Under the pieces are notes generated by a model, which was not told where the DNA came from, searched no databases, and saw nothing but the letters and a program-made list of their open reading frames with translations. 64,000 bases of DNA from a virus. How positions within the stretch are numbered: position 1 is the first letter of the stretch; each line of letters starts with the position of its first letter. The position numbers and the translations under genes were made by a program. Positions 60,439 to 64,000 of the stretch are shown here, piece after piece. Location: positions 1 through 64,000 of IMG/VR virus record IMGVR_UViG_3300048446_000526; one strand, given 5' to 3'.

Positions 60439-61226
60439 ATGTTCTTCCTTATATATGGGACAATTTCATGTTTTGTAAAATACTCAAATGTTCTTTTATC
60501 TAAAAGCGGTACTTCTGGTATTGTTTTACCAGACTCAATAGCCTTTTCTATGCCGTCTGTTAAGTCTAAGTTTTTGATACCACAGGCTTGGGCTTCTAAA
60601 GTGAGATCGTCAGTCAGGTCAATAAAATAACTATATTCGTTTAGTACAAGGCTTAAACTTCTGGGGTCTAACATGCCTAAGTTTTGATGGTTATGAATAT
60701 TTGTATCATTAAATACATTAATTTTATGTTTAGTATTAGGGTACAATACGGGATTGATTACTTTCTCTATTGTTTCTGGCATACCATCAGACATAAGAGC
60801 AATTTTACCATTGCGTTCTTTATTTAAGCCTGCGAAGCAGGTGTTGTCATACTTATTATCATATGTCAAATATATAGGTGGCACTTGACGTTTTACAATC
60901 TTGCTGTTAACAATTAATTTAACCTGAGAAGTTGTCAAATAGTTCCACAGTTCATCGTTTTCTGGTCCTAGGTCTTTGTCAAACAATAAGAATATTTTAC
61001 AGTCAGTCTGGTGTTCAGTAATGAAGTCATGCACTTCTTGACTATAATCTAATATTGACATAAGAATAGCATCTGGTTTGTATCTTACATAGTAGTCGAA
61101 AAGCCTGCCATATATATTGACGACTTCTAAACCCACATTTTCATCTGGCAATGTGCTTTGTAAAGCAATAGAGATACATCTATGTGGAACACTTTTTTGA
61201 CTGAATGCTGTAGCGAATTTTTTCAT
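60435..61226 (-). CDS. Degenerate GT-B glycosyltransferase-like protein
   Basis: KPDAIL and LNEYSYFI...LEAQACG, resembling the GT4 EAxACG motif. Confidence 0.45.
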   Translation of the reverse strand: MKKFATAFSQKSVPHRCISIALQSTLPDENVGLEVVNIYGRLFDYYVRYKPDAILMSILDYSQEVHDFITEHQTDCKIFLLFDKDLGPENDELWNYLTTSQVKLIVNSKIVKRQVPPIYLTYDNKYDNTCFAGLNKERNGKIALMSDGMPETIEKVINPVLYPNTKHKINVFNDTNIHNHQNLGMLDPRSLSLVLNEYSYFIDLTDDLTLEAQACGIKNLDLTDGIEKAIESGKTIPEVPLLDKRTFEYFTKHEIVPYIRKNI

Positions 61227-61903
61227 GTTTTATTCTTTTCCTTTTTTACAATTATGCTGTCACTATTTTTATTAAGTTTTAAAAATGCCAAAGATATGAG
61301 GCCATCTGCTATTGCAGCGTTCAAAATCTCAAACAAGAACATATTATCGTAATACCTATCATTTATTCCTTCTTTTAAACTTTCCCAATCTTTTTTGCAT
61401 ATGTATATACCCTCGTTCCAAACATAGTCCCCTATACCGTAAAACATATAGGCTATTTGTCCTGTACCTTCTTGTAAGGTAAAACCTACAGGTTCTTCGT
61501 GTTTGGTTTTGCTGTTCCTTTTTTTTGCTAATATCCAAGATTTATTATAGTCTTTGGGTTCAAACTTTTTAGGCAAAGTATCTCCATTTAATATAAACAA
61601 TCCGGGGCTATCATCAAGTTTTATTTTTTTCAAAAGCATCTTGATAGCATAGCCATGATTCTTTTCCAAAAACTGTGGATTGTAAATATCAATTACGTCT
61701 TCATTGACAATCTTACGTAAAAGTTTTTCTGTTCCAAAACCTGTGCAGACGTATATTTTCCCATCGAACAATTTGTCCAAGATTTTGATTTGTTTATTAA
61801 TAAGTTCAGTAGCGTTAGGAGATGTTTTAACCAAACCTATAGGGCCAAAGGACTTCATTCCTTTTTTTATCTCGTATGCTAGTATACATGATTTTACTTT
61901 CAT
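61223..61903 (-). CDS. Nucleotidyltransferase (LicC/NTP_transf-like), divergent
   Basis: CILA...MKSFGPIGL...LINKQI...IYVCTGFG...IYNPQF..KN...FILNGD; the canonical LAAGxGxR loop is altered. Confidence 0.6.
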   Translation of the reverse strand: MKVKSCILAYEIKKGMKSFGPIGLVKTSPNATELINKQIKILDKLFDGKIYVCTGFGTEKLLRKIVNEDVIDIYNPQFLEKNHGYAIKMLLKKIKLDDSPGLFILNGDTLPKKFEPKDYNKSWILAKKRNSKTKHEEPVGFTLQEGTGQIAYMFYGIGDYVWNEGIYICKKDWESLKEGINDRYYDNMFLFEILNAAIADGLISLAFLKLNKNSDSIIVKKEKNKT

Positions 61904-62307
61904 TTTTTCCTGATCGTGGCAACAGTGTAGATTCCTTCATAGTGTTGACTATCTAAATCATAACCAATGTTATCTAACCAAGAGTGAAAATCTTTTTCTG
62001 ACCAAACAGACTGTATAGTAGGCAATATAGCAGAATACTTTTCACTACTAAGATCACCACTGGCAATTTGTTTCTGAACCAAATCAAGATTAGTGAACCT
62101 AACAAGCATTTCTCCACCGACCTTAATTTTTTTTGCTGCTTCATTACACACCGTCAAGCGGTCTGCTGAAACCATATTATCCATACAATAAAGTGTCAGT
62201 TTTTCCACATAGCCATTGCTAATTATCTGTAATTGATTCACAGGCACATTATTAACACCTTCGATTTGTTGAGATTCGTGATAGATCACATTCATTTCTT
62301 TAATCAT
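61900..62307 (-). CDS. Truncated class I SAM-methyltransferase-like protein
   Basis: AAKKIKVGGEMLV resembles the LKPGG motif; no glycine-rich motif I. Confidence 0.4.
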   Translation of the reverse strand: MIKEMNVIYHESQQIEGVNNVPVNQLQIISNGYVEKLTLYCMDNMVSADRLTVCNEAAKKIKVGGEMLVRFTNLDLVQKQIASGDLSSEKYSAILPTIQSVWSEKDFHSWLDNIGYDLDSQHYEGIYTVATIRKK

Positions 62308-63203
62308 GCTATGTATGCCTCTCTTATTTTCTTGTTGAATATTTCTGTAATCCTAGTTTGAAAAGTACCAAAACTGTAATTGTCTTCCAAATATTTTCTA
62401 TTCGCTGTAATATCTTGTTTTGTTGACAACAGACTTTGGACTGTTTCTAACATTTTAGCACCGTTATTTTGTATTGTAATTCCCGGTGATTGTTCAATAA
62501 CGCTGTTTGATCCTATTACTGATGCACCGCAAGCGACCGCACATAGAGCCTCATAGTTGCCATTTAAGGTGGTTGTTATAAAAACCTTATGTTTCTTCAC
62601 TTGGTTGCTAAAATCCTCTAATGTATGAAAATGAGGAGTCAGATTGCATGTCAAGCCTGCTTGTTGAAACTGACCAGCCAGTTGTCGTCCCAACATGCTA
62701 GTGTCATGTATAAGGACATCTTCTGATTGTGTAATGTCTTCATCTGTTAAAAGATCAAGAGGTACGCCAAATTTAACAACTTCAGAATTATTAGGCATTC
62801 CCCATGTGTCTGCTATACCTTGCGAAGTATAAAGTTTAAGAACCTGATCACTTCTTTGTGCCAAAATCATCCAATCTTCTTTTTTAATATTGCCTCTTGG
62901 CATATTAAGAACCAAAATCCTATTAACATGACGAGACATTGCTTCTTGAGCACTATTGTCGTTAATATTTCCTGTTACAACAAGACTGTATTTTTGGTCG
63001 CTGTGATATGGCTCTGGTAAAGTAATAGCGGTTCTGCTAGAAGGATTTTTAAAATTTGGATTCTGCATAGGCCTTAAATAGTACCTAAAACCAGTTTCAA
63101 AAAAAGCACAGTCTAGTAGTGAACCAGTAGGGGTCCAAGAGATATTGTGATTATCATCAATAAGACAATGTAAAATATTTGTTGTGGCTCTTGCTAGTTG
63201 CAT
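62304..63203 (-). CDS. Degenerate GT-B glycosyltransferase-like protein
   Basis: VVKFGVP...KVFITTT...EALCAVACGASVI resembles a GT4 C-terminal domain. Confidence 0.5.
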   Translation of the reverse strand: MQLARATTNILHCLIDDNHNISWTPTGSLLDCAFFETGFRYYLRPMQNPNFKNPSSRTAITLPEPYHSDQKYSLVVTGNINDNSAQEAMSRHVNRILVLNMPRGNIKKEDWMILAQRSDQVLKLYTSQGIADTWGMPNNSEVVKFGVPLDLLTDEDITQSEDVLIHDTSMLGRQLAGQFQQAGLTCNLTPHFHTLEDFSNQVKKHKVFITTTLNGNYEALCAVACGASVIGSNSVIEQSPGITIQNNGAKMLETVQSLLSTKQDITANRKYLEDNYSFGTFQTRITEIFNKKIREAYIA

Positions 63204-64000
63204 ATTTTCTTTCCTATGTTTTCGTAAGTAAATTGATCAACAGCATCTATACCTAGTTGCTGTTTGGCTTCGTAGGCTTTTCTGTCTTTTTTGTACATCT
63301 GATAAACCTTTTGCATGTGGTCAATTAGAACATAAACATTCGGCCTATACCAATATGAATTTGCATTATATATATCAAATGATTCTGACAAAGTTCTAGT
63401 GTTGGCAATTACAGGATACTTTTGACTACTGATTATAAAACCATTATCCTTGTTTACAAAGTCTACCATACCAGTGTTAGCAGTTACAATAGGTGTTTTT
63501 CCTAACACAAGTGCTTCTGCGGCTGGACGGCAGTATGCTTCACCAAAAGAAGGCATGACAAAACAATCAGAGGCATTGTGTAGACCAAGCATATCAACAT
63601 CACTAAGTCTTTCTGTAACAACATATTCATCTCTACATTTACCTATATTCATTCTCTTCTTGTGTGCATCAATAGCACTTTTGACAATGTTCATTGCTTC
63701 TCCCGTATTTTTTCCGGGTACGCTAGTTTTTATGACTAGCGATACATTCTCATTGTTGCGAAAAGCAAGATTATATGCTGTGATTAAATCTGTAAGATTT
63801 TTTCTTTCTACAAACTCTCCCACATAGTAAAAAACAAATGATTTTTGTATTTTAGGGTGAATATTTAGTTTATGGTCTTTGTGCTTTTTAATAAATTCTA
63901 CGTCTAAAGCACCAGAAATAACTTTACACTTTGTGGTAATACCAGATGCTTTTACGCTTTTTGCTTCTTGTTTACTGGGGACAAGAATCAAGTCCATGTT
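63194..64000 (-). CDS. GT4-family glycosyltransferase; 5'-truncated
   Basis: FYYVGEFVERKNL...LVIKT...DCFVMPSFGEAYCRPAAEALVLGKTPIVT, with both Glu of the EX7E motif. Frame is open to the window end. Confidence 0.85.
   Translation of the reverse strand, partial: NMDLILVPSKQEAKSVKASGITTKCKVISGALDVEFIKKHKDHKLNIHPKIQKSFVFYYVGEFVERKNLTDLITAYNLAFRNNENVSLVIKTSVPGKNTGEAMNIVKSAIDAHKKRMNIGKCRDEYVVTERLSDVDMLGLHNASDCFVMPSFGEAYCRPAAEALVLGKTPIVTANTGMVDFVNKDNGFIISSQKYPVIANTRTLSESFDIYNANSYWYRPNVYVLIDHMQKVYQMYKKDRKAYEAKQQLGIDAVDQFTYENIGKKICN

Noticed and set aside
63450-63827. Antisense 125-aa ORF, and the many other 60-120 aa shadow ORFs in the track
   Set aside because: Nested within well-supported genes, with no independent signals.
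1-64000. Stop-codon reassignment as seen in some jumbo phages
   Set aside because: Very long ORFs are intact in code 11, and TAG, TGA and TAA all end genes right before the next RBS or start.
1-64000. CRISPR arrays, tRNA/rRNA genes, introns, inteins, IS elements
   Set aside because: Intergenic gaps are under ~60 nt; no spaced direct repeats, cloverleafs, intein C...HN motifs or transposases recognised.

Overview
AT-rich, gene-dense segment of a large (probably jumbo) tailed phage genome in the standard genetic code. Positions 1-56631 are one + strand virion-morphogenesis block. It contains giant fibre/decoration-type proteins (tail-collar, collagen, LamG-like, FN3/Mtd-N/YHYH-like domains), neck/terminator-type genes, a major tail (tube) protein with no adjacent sheath, probable tail chaperones, a 3534-aa tape measure protein (TMP), a YadA-like fibre and very large tail-tip proteins. 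Positions 56559-64000 are a convergent - strand block: a GT4 glycosyltransferase with several degenerate glyco-enzyme folds, a NUMOD3/Vsr-like endonuclease, a Rad52-like annealing protein, a Zn-finger protein, a PD-(D/E)xK-like nuclease, and a membrane-anchored YfaP-like protein with its own consensus sigma70 promoter. The best candidate for a new system is the TMP. It looks like a polyprotein in which conserved double di-glycine linkers (KxxGGxIQxFxxGG) bracket enzyme-like cargo: two paralogous PD-(D/E)xK nuclease-like domains and one GNAT-like domain, which would be injected with the DNA. The second candidate is a strong [S/T]-G enrichment limited to a subset of virion proteins, possibly a glycosylation sequon served by the glycosyltransferase cluster. 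The window also appears to avoid AGCT and CCWGG. All domain calls are by-eye motif recognition; no searches were run.
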